A DNA stretch of 64,000 nucleotides from Octopus vulgaris (taxonomy: Eukaryota): NCBI GenBank assembly GCA_951406725.2, contig OX597823.1, positions 31,434,001 through 31,498,000 of the forward strand, read 5' to 3'. The position numbers and the translations under genes were made by a program. The notes under the pieces were generated by a model that did no database searches, had not been told where the DNA came from, and saw only the letters and a list, made by a program, of their open reading frames with translations. Shown in pieces: positions 44,775 through 58,673 of the stretch (position 1 is the stretch's first letter; the number at the start of each line of letters is the position of its first letter).

Positions 44775-45701
44775 AATACCTAGATAGACTGTATGTCTAC
44801 GGTACTCGGCTGCTACTTGCATACCTCTCTTCTGGACATCAAAAACAACATGGATGTTGAAGAAACAATCAGGCTTTACATTCAGCCAACTCTTCTGAAA
44901 GATCTCACTAAATGTACTTTGCAAGTCAGAAGAACGTTATATCGGTGACTCGAGACCGACTAAATATTGTGTTATTTAGAGCAAAGATGATCACATTGGC
45001 GTGTATACACTATGTGTGTGTGTGTGTGTATACAGGTATATATATATATATATATACATACATACACACACATATACACAAACATACATTTATATACTCA
45101 CATACGCACATGCATGCTCACAATTTTTCACGTGTGTGTGTGTGTGTGTTATGTTTATGAATAAATAATGTGCATTACATAAGAGTAGTTAAGAAATTCA
45201 TTTCATATTCATAAGGTATCACGGTCGATTCTAGTGGGTGGCAACTTGGGGCCAATCTCTTAAGTTTTTTTATTTTGTTTTTTTCTTCAGCTCGAACGAA
45301 ACTTTGAGATTGAAACTGGGTGGATTGAAATAATTCGAAGCCCTGCAATTCAAAGTTTTGACTTTATCAGGGTCTGTGTCACGCTGCTTTGAAATATAGA
45401 AGAATACATACCCTTTATCTTTCACATGTTTCATTCATTAGCCTGCGGCCATGCTGGAACATCGTCTTGAAGAATTTTAATCGAACGAATCAACCCTAAT
45501 TCTTATTATGTTTAAACCTGGTACTTATTCTATGGGTCTCTTTTGCCCCCCAAAAAAGACACACACACATACATGTGTTTACTGGTGACTCAAAGCCAAA
45601 GAGATGTGATATCCAAATATAAAAAGAACTGAACCTGGAAACGTGGTTGGGAAGCAAACTTCTTACCACGCAGCCACGCCTGCACCTATGTATTTGTATG
45701 C

Positions 45702-45737
<36 letters not shown>

Positions 45738-46056
45738 TTATATATAGCTACTTATACGTGTGTGTGTGAGTGTACACAACACACACACGAACGCACACAT
45801 ACAAACACACACACACACACACACACATGCATTTTATACGGACAGTTTCCACCAGATTGTTCCACAAGGAGAATTTGTTAGACGGAACTCTTGTATGAAA
45901 CACTTGTCCAAAGTGCCGCGCAGTTAGACCGACCTCGTAGTTGTGAAGCCAGCTTAACCACAAAACCATACTTCGTAACGCACTCCTACACAGAAGGCAA
46001 ATATTAGTGTTAATTAAGGATACCTAAAAACTCATTACTCACACAATACTCACTCA

Positions 46057-46107
<51 letters not shown>

Positions 46108-46331
46108 TCGCACACACACTCTTTTACTCTTTTACTTGTTTCAGTCATTTGGCTGCGGCCATGCTGGAGCACCGCCTTTAGTCGAGCAACTCGACCCCGG
46201 GACTTATTCTTTGTAAGCCCAGTACTTATTCTATCGGTCTCTTTTGCCGAACCGCTAAGTAACGGGGACATAAACACACCAGCATCGGTTGTCAAGCAAT
46301 GCTAGAGGAACAAACACAGACACACACACGC

Positions 46332-46396
<65 letters not shown>

Positions 46397-46650
46397 TATA
46401 CGACGGGCTTGGTCGGCCCGAGGCTATAGTAGAAGACACTTGCCCAAGGTGCCGCGCAGTGGGACAGAACACGGAACCATGTGGTTGGTAAACAAGCTAC
46501 TTACCACACAGCCACTCCTGCGCCTAAAAATGTTATATTTGCATAAACAGTCCGACAATGAAGAGAAATTACTTGGAGCAAACATAATTTTAAAGATGAT
46601 TTCACCAGTGAAAAGGCATCATTTTTATTAACATGAAGCAAAATAGCTAT

Positions 46651-46722
46651 TTCCCAAGCGGGGAATCGAACCCCGGCCGCCGCGGTGAGAGCGCGGAATC
46701 CTAACCAGTAGACCACTTGGGA
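46651..46722 (-). tRNA. tRNA-Glu-CTC: tRNA-Glu (anticodon CTC)
   Basis: TCCCAAGTGGTCTACTGGTTAGGATTCCGCGCTCTCACCGCGGCGGCCGGGGTTCGATTCCCCGCTTGGGAA: perfect acceptor, anticodon and T stems; TTTT about 8 nt downstream. Confidence 0.9.
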
Positions 46723-47250
46723 TGTATTATAATACATTAGATCTTATACCAGGTTTTTGTTTATAGTGACCTATACACCTTGTACACATCATCAAAGTAG
46801 GCCTCTCTCTTTCTAAGATTATGAAATTATTGAGAAAAGAATTTACCGACCGGAAACCACAAAAACCATTGTCGGAAACTGTCCTCTCAAGATGGCTGCA
46901 AAATAATTGTGTCTCACCTACAGGAAGTAGATTGGTTTAATAATTTCACGCAATTCATCCTAGGAAACAAAACTGCATTTCCATACAAGGAAATACTGAA
47001 ATAGTTTCTCAACCATATATATATATATATACATATAAGAGTGTATAAAGATTTATACACAGAGGGAAGACCATTGACAGGACTTATTACATGCTAAAAA
47101 GGGCAGTTAAACCCCAAACCACGAAAAAAATAATTCTAAAGGCACGCCGATAATGGCACTAGAATGAATAGAACACAAAAATTAGTAGTTAATCCCATGC
47201 AAACCACTGGTAATGAATTATTCTAATTTTTTACCCCCGTAATTTACACA

Positions 47251-47292
<42 letters not shown>

Positions 47293-47507
47293 CTCCCTAA
47301 ATTTGTTTTCTCTTTTTTTCTTTCTCGCCACCTTTTCTCCTGTTTTCGCCTTCATTCTTTTGTTTCTTTCTTTTTTTGTTATGAAGAAGGATCCGAAACG
47401 TTAGAGACTTTCTATTCTTTTCAAACGTTATGATTGCAACACCTTTGTTAAAACCTGCCATACTCATTTTTATATTTCTTCTGTCCCCGCTCATTACTTA
47501 ATACACA

Positions 47508-47555
<48 letters not shown>

Positions 47556-47589
47556 TAAAAGTCGTTGAAACTCCGCTGGTAGACCCATA

Positions 47590-47973
47590 TCATGGCACTC
47601 CGTCGGTTACGACGACGAGGGTTCCAGTTGATCCGATCAACAGAACAGCCTGCTCGTGAAATTAACGTGCAAGTGGCTGAGCACTCCACAGACACGTATA
47701 CCCTTAATGTAGTCCTCGGGGAGATTCAGCGTGACACAGAGTGTGACAAGGCTGGCCCCTTTGAAATACAAGTACAACAGAAACAGGAAGAAAGAGTGAG
47801 AGAAAGTTGTGGTGAGAGAGTACAGCAGGGTACGCCACCACCGCCTGCCGGAGCCTCGTGGAGCTTTAGGTGTTTTCGCTCAATAAACACTCACAACGCC
47901 CAGTCTGGTAATCGAAACCACAATCCTACGACCGCGAGTTAGCTACTCTAACCATTGGGCCATTGCGCCTCCA
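47590..47973 (-). mobile_element. tRNA-derived SINE family D
   Basis: Head GGAGGCGCAATGGCCCAATGGTTAG...GGTTTCGATT followed by a body different from families A-C. Confidence 0.75.
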
Positions 47974-48481
47974 TAGACCTGTATAAGTCAAATCCAATTC
48001 TTTTCTTCGTTTATTTAGGTGAGTCTTAGTTTCTTTGTTGGAAATGAAAAATATCTGCCCGTTTCAACGTCAAGAAAGTTTGTATGTGTACGATCTTTCA
48101 ATACTTGCCATTTGCGCAGAGAACCATTAAATACTTTTCTACTCTAGGCTCAAAGCCCGAGAGTTTAGGGCGGAGGGGCTAGTCGATTAGATCGTCTCCA
48201 GTACGCAACTGGTACTTAATTTATCGACCCCGAAAGGATAAAAGGCAAAGTCGACCTCGGCGGAATTTGAACTCAGAACGTAGCGATGGGTGAAATACTG
48301 CTAGGCATTTCGCCCGGCGTGCTAACGTCTCTGCCAGCTCCATCCCACCTTAGATAAGCATTAAATACGTAATTTCTTTGGATAGTGTTGTCAGATCGTA
48401 ATGCATTTTTTATCAAACGTTCTCATGAGGAATTTATGCGGCAACAATTTGACTATTAAAGTTCCTCGTCTGTTCAACTCT

Positions 48482-48641
48482 CAGGCGTGGTCCCACGAAT
48501 TTTTCGAAAGGAGGGTACAAGGTCAGAAGAGAATATATTTCCAGGAGAAAAGGGCGTAATAACATTATTTAGAAAGGCGCGCTTCTTTTGTTGAGAGGGG
48601 CACGTGCACCTCAGCCCCCTCCCGTCTTGGGTCCGCCTCTG
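48482..48641. mobile_element. GC-rich MITE relic (hAT-like ends)
   Basis: CAGGCGTGGTCCCA ... TGGGTCCGCCTCTG imperfect TIRs. Confidence 0.45.
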
Positions 48642-49170
48642 ACTCTCTCTAATTTGTAAAGTTTTCCTCCGGTAGATTCAAAATGTGACTAGATAATTTT
48701 CTATGGTGTCGTACGAGAAAGTTGTCTGTAAATGATTAGAACAAAAGCAGCGAGACCTTCACCGACTTATTGATCGATTTACTAGAGATGTACCGTGCTC
48801 TGAATAACCCATCAAAATGCATTGGAGCGCAGTAGTTGACACAAAAGATGTAGAACATTCTAGTCTGGAAGTGGTGCTATTGTATGGTGTCGACCAGGAT
48901 GGCTGAATAACTAGAGCATTAAATACATAAACGCATACACATAAATGAGTGTATATAGTGCGTGTGTGGGTATGCATATATATATATTTTTTATTTTTAT
49001 TTTATTATTCTTTGTAAACCTAGTACTTATTCTATCCGTCTTTTTTGCCGAACCGCTAAGTAACGGGGATGTAAACGCACCAGCATCGGTTGTCAAGCGA
49101 CGTTGGGTGGGTGGGGGAGAAAAACACAGACACACAAACATATACACACATACACACACACGCACAGATA

Positions 49171-50071
49171 TCTCTATATTATAATTCTGAAATGCGAAAA
49201 GTTTGTTTGTTTGTCTGGTTTTGGCATTGAGAACGGGTTAAAGGTCACTAGATCCCGTCGGATTGACTCCAAAGTTTACAGGGACATGTAAAATGAGGTG
49301 AGGATGCGAGTGGGCTAGGTTAGAAATCCCCATCTTAAAAGGTGTCGTTGCTAGGGCCAAAAACGCACTTTGACAAGTCTACTCTAATTCTTTTACGTAT
49401 CTGTCTTTCTCCATCACTCACTCTTTTTCCTCCCTTCCCATCACTTTCTATATATAACGTCGTTTCACAGCGTCTAACTCCCTTCCCTTCACTTTGTCTT
49501 TATAACGTCGTTTCACAGCGTCCTATATCCCTCCCTCCCCGCCTTCGACAGCGCTTTCACACTCTCTCTCTCTCTACGTCTGTCTGCATTCATAGAGAGA
49601 ATTATCATCGCCACCACCACCACACAATCATGAGAACAAATATTATGAATCAGATATTTATTGAGTTAATTTATATGTGTGTGTGTGTTCTATATATAAA
49701 TATGTATATATAATGTATATATACAAAGTGTGTATATCTGTATTTATGTATATTAAACTTTTTAATACTTTTTGATAGCTATATATTTTTTTTTAAATTT
49801 ATAAATAGAAATTAATAATTTTAATTTTAAATTTAAATAATTTTAATTTTTAAATTTTATATTTTATATATTTTGTATATTATATTTTTATTTTTATGTA
49901 TTGGTTTATGTTTTTCACTGATTTGCCTAATAGTGGTTTTATCAATTGAAAGGTGTGGCTTCTAGGGCAAAATTCATCATCATTAAAGTGTGGCCCGCGT
50001 AGTTATATACCGAAACAAATAAAACAATGATAAACTTTTTTAATCCCGAGCAAGACCGGGTTACTCTGCTA
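49171..50071 (+). mobile_element. Non-autonomous Helitron 1 of a cluster
   Basis: A|TCTCTATATTATAA start; 3' hairpin CCCGAGCAAGACCGGG followed by TTACTCTGCTA. Confidence 0.7.
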
Positions 50072-50792
50072 TCTATATATATAAAAGAGGCTTTGGGTCA
50101 AAATTGTGCGCACGTTTTGCTACGTCAGAGGTTCGCGGCCACACCAGTGGTCAGATCGAACTGAAAATTTACACAGGCACAGAAGGCGTGATGAGTTGAG
50201 TAGGTTAAAACTCACCATCTGAAAAGATGCGGTTGCTATGCTGAGAAGATTCAAGGGGGCTCTAAGCCCCTCCAGATTGGTGCGATTGGCATCTAATCCT
50301 ATCTATAAAATGAAGAAGGCGAACGTAGACACAGATTGGGTTTTTATGTAAAAAGGGGTCTAAATGTCGTTTAGGGGATTCAAATTTACAGAAGGCGGTA
50401 ACTTGTGGGGGAAAATTGATTGGGAGACGTTTTATAGCGCTACAGTGGTTGTTTTGGCGTGAAAACTGGGATTTTATTGATCTGGGGCGACACTTGCTGG
50501 TCTAGATCGGACACCTTTTGCCCGATTTCAATCAAATTTTCAACATGGTAAAGTGAAAGCGGATTTGTAATTTAAACGTCGAAATCTAATTTTTTTATAA
50601 ATGGCAGAGAGATAGATAGATAGAGAAAGATAAAGAGTAAGAGAAAGTGAGGGAAAGTCCAAGAGAAAAGAAGAGTAAGAGAGTGGGAAAATGAGAAAGG
50701 ATAGAGAAACAAAGAGGGAGAATGTGACGATAAGAAACAGAAAGTAATAATCATAACCTCACCCGCGCGTAGAGCGGGTCACCTTAAGCTAG
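50072..50792 (+). mobile_element. Non-autonomous Helitron 2 of the cluster
   Basis: TCTATATATATAAAAG start; ACCCGC-GCGTAGA-GCGGGT hairpin and CTAG|T end. Confidence 0.8.
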
Positions 50793-51246
50793 TATATATA
50801 TAATTTGTATACATTTGTGGCTGTGTGGTAAGTAGCTTGCTAACCAACCCCATGGTTCCGGGTTCAGTCCCACTGCGTGGCATCTTGGGCAAGTGTCTTC
50901 TGCTATAGCCCCGGGCCGACCAATGCCTTGTGAGTGGATTTGGTAGACGGAAACTGAAAGAAGCCTGTCGTATATATGTATATATATGTAAGTGTGTGTG
51001 TATGTGTTTGTGTGTATGTGTTTGTGTGTCTGTGTTTGTCCCCCTAGCATTGCTTGACAACCGATGCTGGTGTGTTTACGTCCCCGTCACTTAGCGGTTG
51101 AGCAAAAGAGACCGATAGAATAAGTACTGGGCTTACAAAGAATAAGTCCCGGGGTCGATTTTCTCGACTAAATGCGGTGCTCCAGCATGGCCGCAGTCAA
51201 ATGACTGAAACAAGTAAAAGAGTAAAAGAGAGTATATATAATGCAT

Positions 51247-51279
<33 letters not shown>

Positions 51280-51283
51280 ATGC

Positions 51284-51339
<56 letters not shown>

Positions 51340-51340
<1 letters not shown>

Positions 51341-52222
51341 GTGCATTATGTGGTCGGTTTGGCAGAAAATATGCACACCTATGTTAAAAGTGCTGGCGAG
51401 TTTGCATGGCAAGTATTTTTTTCCTCAAATGAAAGGACAAAATTCCTCATCTTATAAAATGTGGCCCGAGTAGACCCGAATGAAATCGGGTAATATTAAC
51501 CAAAATGTGAAAAGAGATCTAAAAGGGGCTTGAAGGGGATTAAAATTTAAAGGAGCGGGTGTTTAGGAATTCTCTGTTACATGAAGCTAAAAAATTTGCG
51601 ACAGCCTTTAAACCGTCAATGTGTTGCCGTCCATGATGAAGAAGTTTTGAATGCTTGCCATGGTGAGTCTACTGTCGTGAGAAAGAATCACTTCAAAGCT
51701 TGGTGTTTAGGAATTTTCTTTTACATCAAGTTCAAAATTTTAGGCCAGCCGTTAAACTGCCACTACGTTGCTGTCCGTCATTAAGAAATGCCAGCCATGG
51801 TGACTCTACTATCTTCAGATTCTATCCCTTCAAACTTTGGTTTCCAATATTTTTTTAATTTTTATTCAGCTCGTAAGTTCGTCTGTCCCTTTTAAATGTT
51901 AGTGTTTTGCTGTCTGCCTTGAAGCAGACCTTTCCGTTGTCACTGCCTGATATTTATGATTGATCTTTCAAAATATTTTATTTCTCAACTTACTCAAGAT
52001 CTTTTGTTGTTTATAAATGGGAGAGAGATAGATAGAGAAAGATAGAGAGTAAGAGAAAGCGAGGGAGAGTCCGAGAGAAAGGCAGAGTAAGAGAGTGGGA
52101 AAGTGAGAGAGAAAGGAGAGAGAAACAAAGAGGGAGAATATGGTGATAAAAAGCAGAAAGGAAGCAACAGAAAGTAACAAGCACACTCTTACCCGCGCGT
52201 AGAGCGGGTCACCTTAAGCTAG
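51340..52222 (+). mobile_element. Non-autonomous Helitron 3 of the cluster (5' boundary uncertain)
   Basis: 52012-52222 duplicates 50595-50792, including an identical 3' hairpin and CTAG. Internal ~143-bp tandem duplication at 51559-51812. Confidence 0.7.
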
Positions 52223-52281
<59 letters not shown>

Positions 52282-53203
52282 ATGTATATACACATATATA
52301 CGCCGGGCTTCTTTCAGTTTCCATCTACCAAATCCATCGCAAGGCTTTGGTCGGCCGGAGAAGACACTTGGCCAAGGTGCCACGCAGTGGGACTGAACCC
52401 AGGACCATGTGCTTGGTAAGCATGCTACTTACAACACAGCCACTCCTGCGCCTCTGTGTGTGTGTGTGTGTGTGTATCTATATATTATATGTTTTTATAT
52501 GTTTGTATATTTTGATTACATATCGTTACTATTATGCAAAAGTGACGTAAGTCTAAAACGTTGCTTTTTCAGAAAAGGAAACAAAGTAGTTCCACCATTC
52601 CATAGCTAAAACCGTTGTACTTACACTTTGACAATTTTTCAATATCTTGGCATCTGAAGCAGCTGGAGATACGATAGTTTGACCAAAATAACCGACAGTT
52701 GCAAGCAAAAATAAATATTAGAAAAAAGCATATGGCCAAATTAGGACATACGACAGTTTAATATAATAGCAACGAATTATGTGCAGACGCAAGGCGGTGA
52801 GCTGGCGGAATCACTGACAGACCGGACAAAATGCTTAGCGGTATTTCGTTCGTCTTTATGTTCAAATTCCGCCGGGGTCGGCTTTGTCGTTCATCTTTTC
52901 TGTATCTATAAAATAAATACCAGTCCAGCAGTGGAGTCGACGTAACTGATTTACGCTTTGTACCAAAATTTAAAACCGACATTATATGTGGGCGCATATA
53001 TAAATAAACATACGCATTCCCATATGGCCACTCACACACACACTCACACACCCATACACACTCTGTACGTCAAACTACGAGAAGTTTCTTTGACATAGTG
53101 ACCTTATTGGCTTTAAAATGTTGACGGATTCGTATTTATTAAACTGCAAATATCTAAGGTGTATATATATATATATATATAAAGTACGGTCTGCAAGGTA
53201 ATA

Positions 53204-53712
<509 letters not shown>

Positions 53713-53948
53713 TTTTCCCTACCCACCTTTTCTACTCCTCCACATTGTTTGTTTATTTACTTATTTATTTATTTATTTATTTATTTATTATTGTCGTCGT
53801 CGTCGTAATCGATGTCGTTATTGTTTAGGCTTGTAATGTTGACCATATCTTTCATGTGAATTTAACAATTACAAATTTCCCAAGATTGTCGCACTTTATT
53901 TCTTTACGATCTGTAAGGACACTGAATGAGTATGTGTCTATCAGACTG

Positions 53949-54047
<99 letters not shown>

Positions 54048-54077
54048 CACACACACATACACACATACACACACACA

Positions 54078-54115
<38 letters not shown>

Positions 54116-54339
54116 CTTTCTCACACAGAGGACGAATAAACACAAAACATGAGTAGAATGAATTTTATGCCTGTCTTTAGGTCGCGTTAGGATGCACCGA
54201 TAATTGATTTCAAGAATATTATTTAATAATCACAATTAAAAGAACAAGGTAGCAGCCACCCCCACACATCACCAATACCACGACTACCACGACCACGACC
54301 ATCATCACCATCACCACCACCAACACTACAACTACTACC

Positions 54340-55307
54340 TATTTCTTTACTACCCACAAGGGGCTAAACACAGAGATGACAAACAAGGACAGACAAACGG
54401 ATTAAGTCGATTATATCGACCCCAGTGCGTAACTGGTACTTATTTAATCGACCCCGAAAGAACGAAAAGCAAAGTCGACCTCGGCGGAATTTGAACTCAG
54501 AACGTAACGGCAGCCGAAATACCTATTTCTTTATTACCCACAAGGGGCTAAACACAGAGGGGACAAACAAGGACAGACATAGGTATTAAGTTGATTACAT
54601 CGACCCCAGTGCGTAACTGGTAATTAATTTATCGACACCGAAAGGATGAAAAGCAAAGTCGACCTGGGCGGAATTTGAACTCAGAACGTAATGGCAGCCG
54701 AAATACCTATTTCTTTATTACACACAAGGGGCTAAACACAGAGGGGACAAACAAGAACAGACATAGGTATTAAGTCGATTATATCGACCCCAGTGCGTAA
54801 CTGGTACTTAATTTATCGACCCCGAAAGGATGAAAGGCAAAGTCGACCTCGGCGGAATTTGAACTCAGAACGTAACGGCAGCCGAAATACCTATTTCTTT
54901 ATTACCCACAAGGGGCTAAACACAGAGGGGACAAACAAGGACAGACATAGGTATTAAATCGATTACATCGACCCCAGTGCGTAACTGGTACTTAATTTAT
55001 CGACCCCGAAAGGATGAAAGGCAAAGTCGATCTCGGCGGAATTTGAACTCAGAACGTAGCAGCAGCCGAAATTCCTATTTCTTTATTACCCACAAGGGGC
55101 TAAACACAGAGGGGACAAACAAGGACAGACATAGGTATTAAGTCGATTACATCGACCCCAGTGCGTAACTGGTACTTAATTTATCGACCCCGAAAGGATG
55201 AAAGGCAAAGTCGACCTCGGCGGAATTTGAACTCAGAACGTAGCAGCAGCCAAAATACCGCTAAGCATTTCGCCCAGCGTGCTAACATTTCTGCCAGCTT
55301 GCCGCCT
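54340..55307 (-). repeat. SINE B pentamer: one head plus five 184-bp core+tailB units
   Basis: ATTTCTTTA recurs at 54341, 54525, 54709, 54893 and 55077. Flanked by ACA(A/G)CTACTACC at 54328-54339 and 55308-55319. Confidence 0.92.
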
Positions 55308-55641
55308 ACAGCTACTACCACCACCCCAACAACAGCCACACCATCAACCCCCTCCGCCACCATCATCATCACCGTCGTGGTCATCATCATCATCATCGTC
55401 GTCATCATCATCATCATCAGTCGTCTTCGGCTTTCTCCTCGTCGTCGCCGTCATTGTCAACTGACGATTATGAAATGCAAAGAAATTTCCAGCAGACAAA
55501 TTGAGAAATTAAACAGAAATCGTGTCTGTGGGAAAAAATCTGCTGCTTTTGTGATTATTTTATGTCGACACGACTAGACTGGATGGTTTATACCGGCTTT
55601 ACTCTAATTTTTGTGAGAATCTAAACAGACACACACACATA

Positions 55642-55697
<56 letters not shown>

Positions 55698-56280
55698 CTG
55701 TGCCTGTGTTTGTTTTCATACAAATAAATAAGAATTGAATAAAATAATGGAAGCTCCACTTTTTTTTTCACCATTTTGGCAATATGACAAATTCAAAACT
55801 GCTCCAGTCTCAATATGTTTGTGTTCAGTTTACCTAAAACCTATACAGGTAAACGTTACCTTCTCGAGGTACGCCGACTCATAAACGACTGTTTGCCGGT
55901 TCCATGACAAACCGTCCTTTATGTGACTGCATGTCTCGAAAAGGTTTTCCCCACCTGAATGGGACGGCAATCCGTCGCAGGGTTACTCACTTTTGCCAGC
56001 TGAGTGGACTGGAGCAATGTGAATTGAAGTGTCTTGCTCAAGAACACAACACACAGGCCGGTCCAGGAATCGAAACCACAATCTTACAAACATGAGTCCA
56101 ACACTCTAACCACTAAGCCACATGCCTCCACTCTAACATCTCTCTTTCTCTCCACCCCTCTCTCTCTCTACGTGTATATATATATATATATATATATAGT
56201 TCAAATTTACTGCAAACAAAAGACGACGGCAGGTGTAGGAAAAACAAGCATGTGTATTAGTCTAACGCTAGGGATATATT

Positions 56281-56335
<55 letters not shown>

Positions 56336-56493
56336 AATATGTATATATGTGTGTATGTATGTATGTGTGTATGTATGTACGTATGTATGTATGTACGTAT
56401 GTATGTACCTTTCCTGAACGTCTGGTAATACATTACATGTACCACGTCCACGCGTTGTTGTTTTTTTCGTGTTTGTTCTTCTTTTGGGAGATT

Positions 56494-56600
<107 letters not shown>

Positions 56601-57235
56601 CGCAGGAGTGGCTGTGTGGTAAGTAGCTTGCTTACCAACCACATGGTTCTGGGTTCAGTCCCGGCAAGTGTCTTCCACTATAGCCTCGGGCTGACCAAAG
56701 CCTTGTGAGTGGATTTGGTAAACGGAAACTGAAAGAAGCCCGTCATATATGTGTGTATGTATATATGAGTGTGTGTTTATGTGCGTGTGTTTGTGCCCTC
56801 ATCATCGCTTGACAACCGATGCTGGTGTGTTTACGTCCCCGTAACTTAGCGGTTCGGCAAAAGAGACCGATAGAATAAGTACTAGGCTTACAAAGAATAA
56901 GTCAAATAACTGAAACAATTAAAAGAGATATATATATATATATATATATATACGTAAAATATTTTTAATTAAATAACAATACGGTCAATGAGTTAACGAT
57001 TGTACCAATCCGTCAGTCTTATTTACATATCAATAATAATTACGCATATATACATACATATATCTACATACCTACATATATATGTATATATACATGCATA
57101 TATGTTCAAATTTGGCTCAGTCAAACGCGTTAAAAAATATATGCGATAGAAAAGCGAACATTATTTCCGAAAACAAAGAAAGGGATTTAGCACAAAACTA
57201 GCACTATAACTCGGCAACGCCGGGTCATAGAGCTA

Positions 57236-57291
<56 letters not shown>

Positions 57292-57423
57292 TAATAAAAA
57301 GAATTCCAACCTTGTCTGATTTTCACGTTTTATTTACAATCTTATAATGATATATTATAAGATAATATATTATAATTGAATAAAATAAAATGAAATAGTA
57401 GAATGTTAAATATTCATTCTGAT

Positions 57424-57468
57424 TGAACTAGTACTTTCATGCATTGAATTCTGCAATCTTCGGGTTCA
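57424..57468 (-). ncRNA. Minimal hammerhead motif in the Penelope pseudo-LTR (CCGAAGA core)
   Basis: TGAAC CCGAAGA TTGCA-GAATTCAA-TGCAT GAAA GTAC TA GTTCA: 5-bp stem I and palindromic AGTACT stem III. Confidence 0.75.
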
Positions 57469-57962
57469 TGTAGTAGTGTTGACAGTCATGCTTCACAATT
57501 TTTGACTGTAGCAAGATGAGTGATTCTGTGCTATAAATACAGCTGGGTAGGCTCCAGAGTGCTAGGTTTTGCAAACTGTATTCTGACCAATCAGTGTGTA
57601 GTATCACTCAATTACTTAAGCTGATTGGTTGGTTGAGCTGATTGGTTTAGGCATCACGCTTTGTTGGACAGGTCAAGAGTCCTGTATCTTGACCCTGGCC
57701 GAAGCAGCAATTGTTGGGTTACTTTTAGAAATGTTGTAAATATCCTTTGTCAGAGATTTTTATATTTTTATATTTCAATTGTCATCATCATCATTGTCAG
57801 CACCTTAATTATTGTTGCTAGTGGTGATGGTGGTGGCAATAGAACTTTTAACCCTAAATAAGATAATTTTCCTGCTATCTTCGTCTTGATCACCTTTAGT
57901 ATTGTTGTTGTTGTTAGTGGTCATGGTCGTAGCAGTGGAAGTAATACCTCTAAGTATTATTA

Positions 57963-58673
57963 TTATTGCTTATTTAGCTTGGGTTCGAATTTATCAATAA
58001 AATTCTTTTCTCTGATTTTCCTCTCGATTTCACTTGGGCTGTGTAATTTGTAGAATGGAAATATTATATATATTTTCCGACCACATGTTGCTAGGTGGTT
58101 ACTCAAAGGTATCTGACGGACCTCTGGGTCTCTAATCTGTTGCCGGTGTACACGTGAGCGTTCTAATAGTGCGTTTCCCGTCTGACCTACATATATTTCT
58201 TCACAATTTGGGCATTTGATGCAGTAAATTAAATTTCTGCTTTTGCAGTTCATATTCGCGTTTGTGAATATTTTCCCGGTTTTTGTGTTTATATATTGAC
58301 CGGTATGTATGAATTGGCATGTGCCACATCGGCTATCATTGCATTTAGATACCGTGAATGTTTGGTCTTTGTTGCTGAGGTCAAATTTTGCCTTTGTTAG
58401 TAATGTTTTCAAGTTTTTAGGCTGTCTTTTACTAAGCACCATAGCTCGATCCTTGATTATGTCTTTTAATTCATTACTTTGGGCAATGATTGGTAGGTTT
58501 GCTTTGGCAATGTTGAAGATATTCTGGTGACATGGGTTGTGTGTCACTATGAATGGTATGACTTGTTCTTGTTTTCCTCTTCCTTGGGTTGTCCTAAGTT
58601 GTTGTATAGGTATTTTTATAGCCCGCTGTATGCCATTTTCTATAAGTAGAGATGGGTATTTTTGTTTGAGCAA
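57963..58673 (-). CDS. Penelope-like element C-terminal region: RT thumb/linker, CCHH and GIY-YIG endonuclease (fragment, no native start)
   Basis: KQKYP..LI, IPFIVTHNP, KCNDSRCGTC, NCKSRNLIYCIKCPNCEEIYVGQTG...R..HR, RKIREKNFIDKFEPKLN. Confidence 0.9.
   Translation of the reverse strand: MLKQKYPSLLIENGIQRAIKIPIQQLRTTQGRGKQEQVIPFIVTHNPCHQNIFNIAKANLPIIAQSNELKDIIKDRAMVLSKRQPKNLKTLLTKAKFDLSNKDQTFTVSKCNDSRCGTCQFIHTGQYINTKTGKIFTNANMNCKSRNLIYCIKCPNCEEIYVGQTGNALLERSRVHRQQIRDPEVRQIPLSNHLATCGRKIYIIFPFYKLHSPSEIERKIREKNFIDKFEPKLNKQ

Noticed and set aside
54340-55307. Regularly spaced repeats suggesting a CRISPR array
   Set aside because: Whole 184-bp units repeat with no unique spacers, there are no cas genes, and the sequence is eukaryotic SINE.
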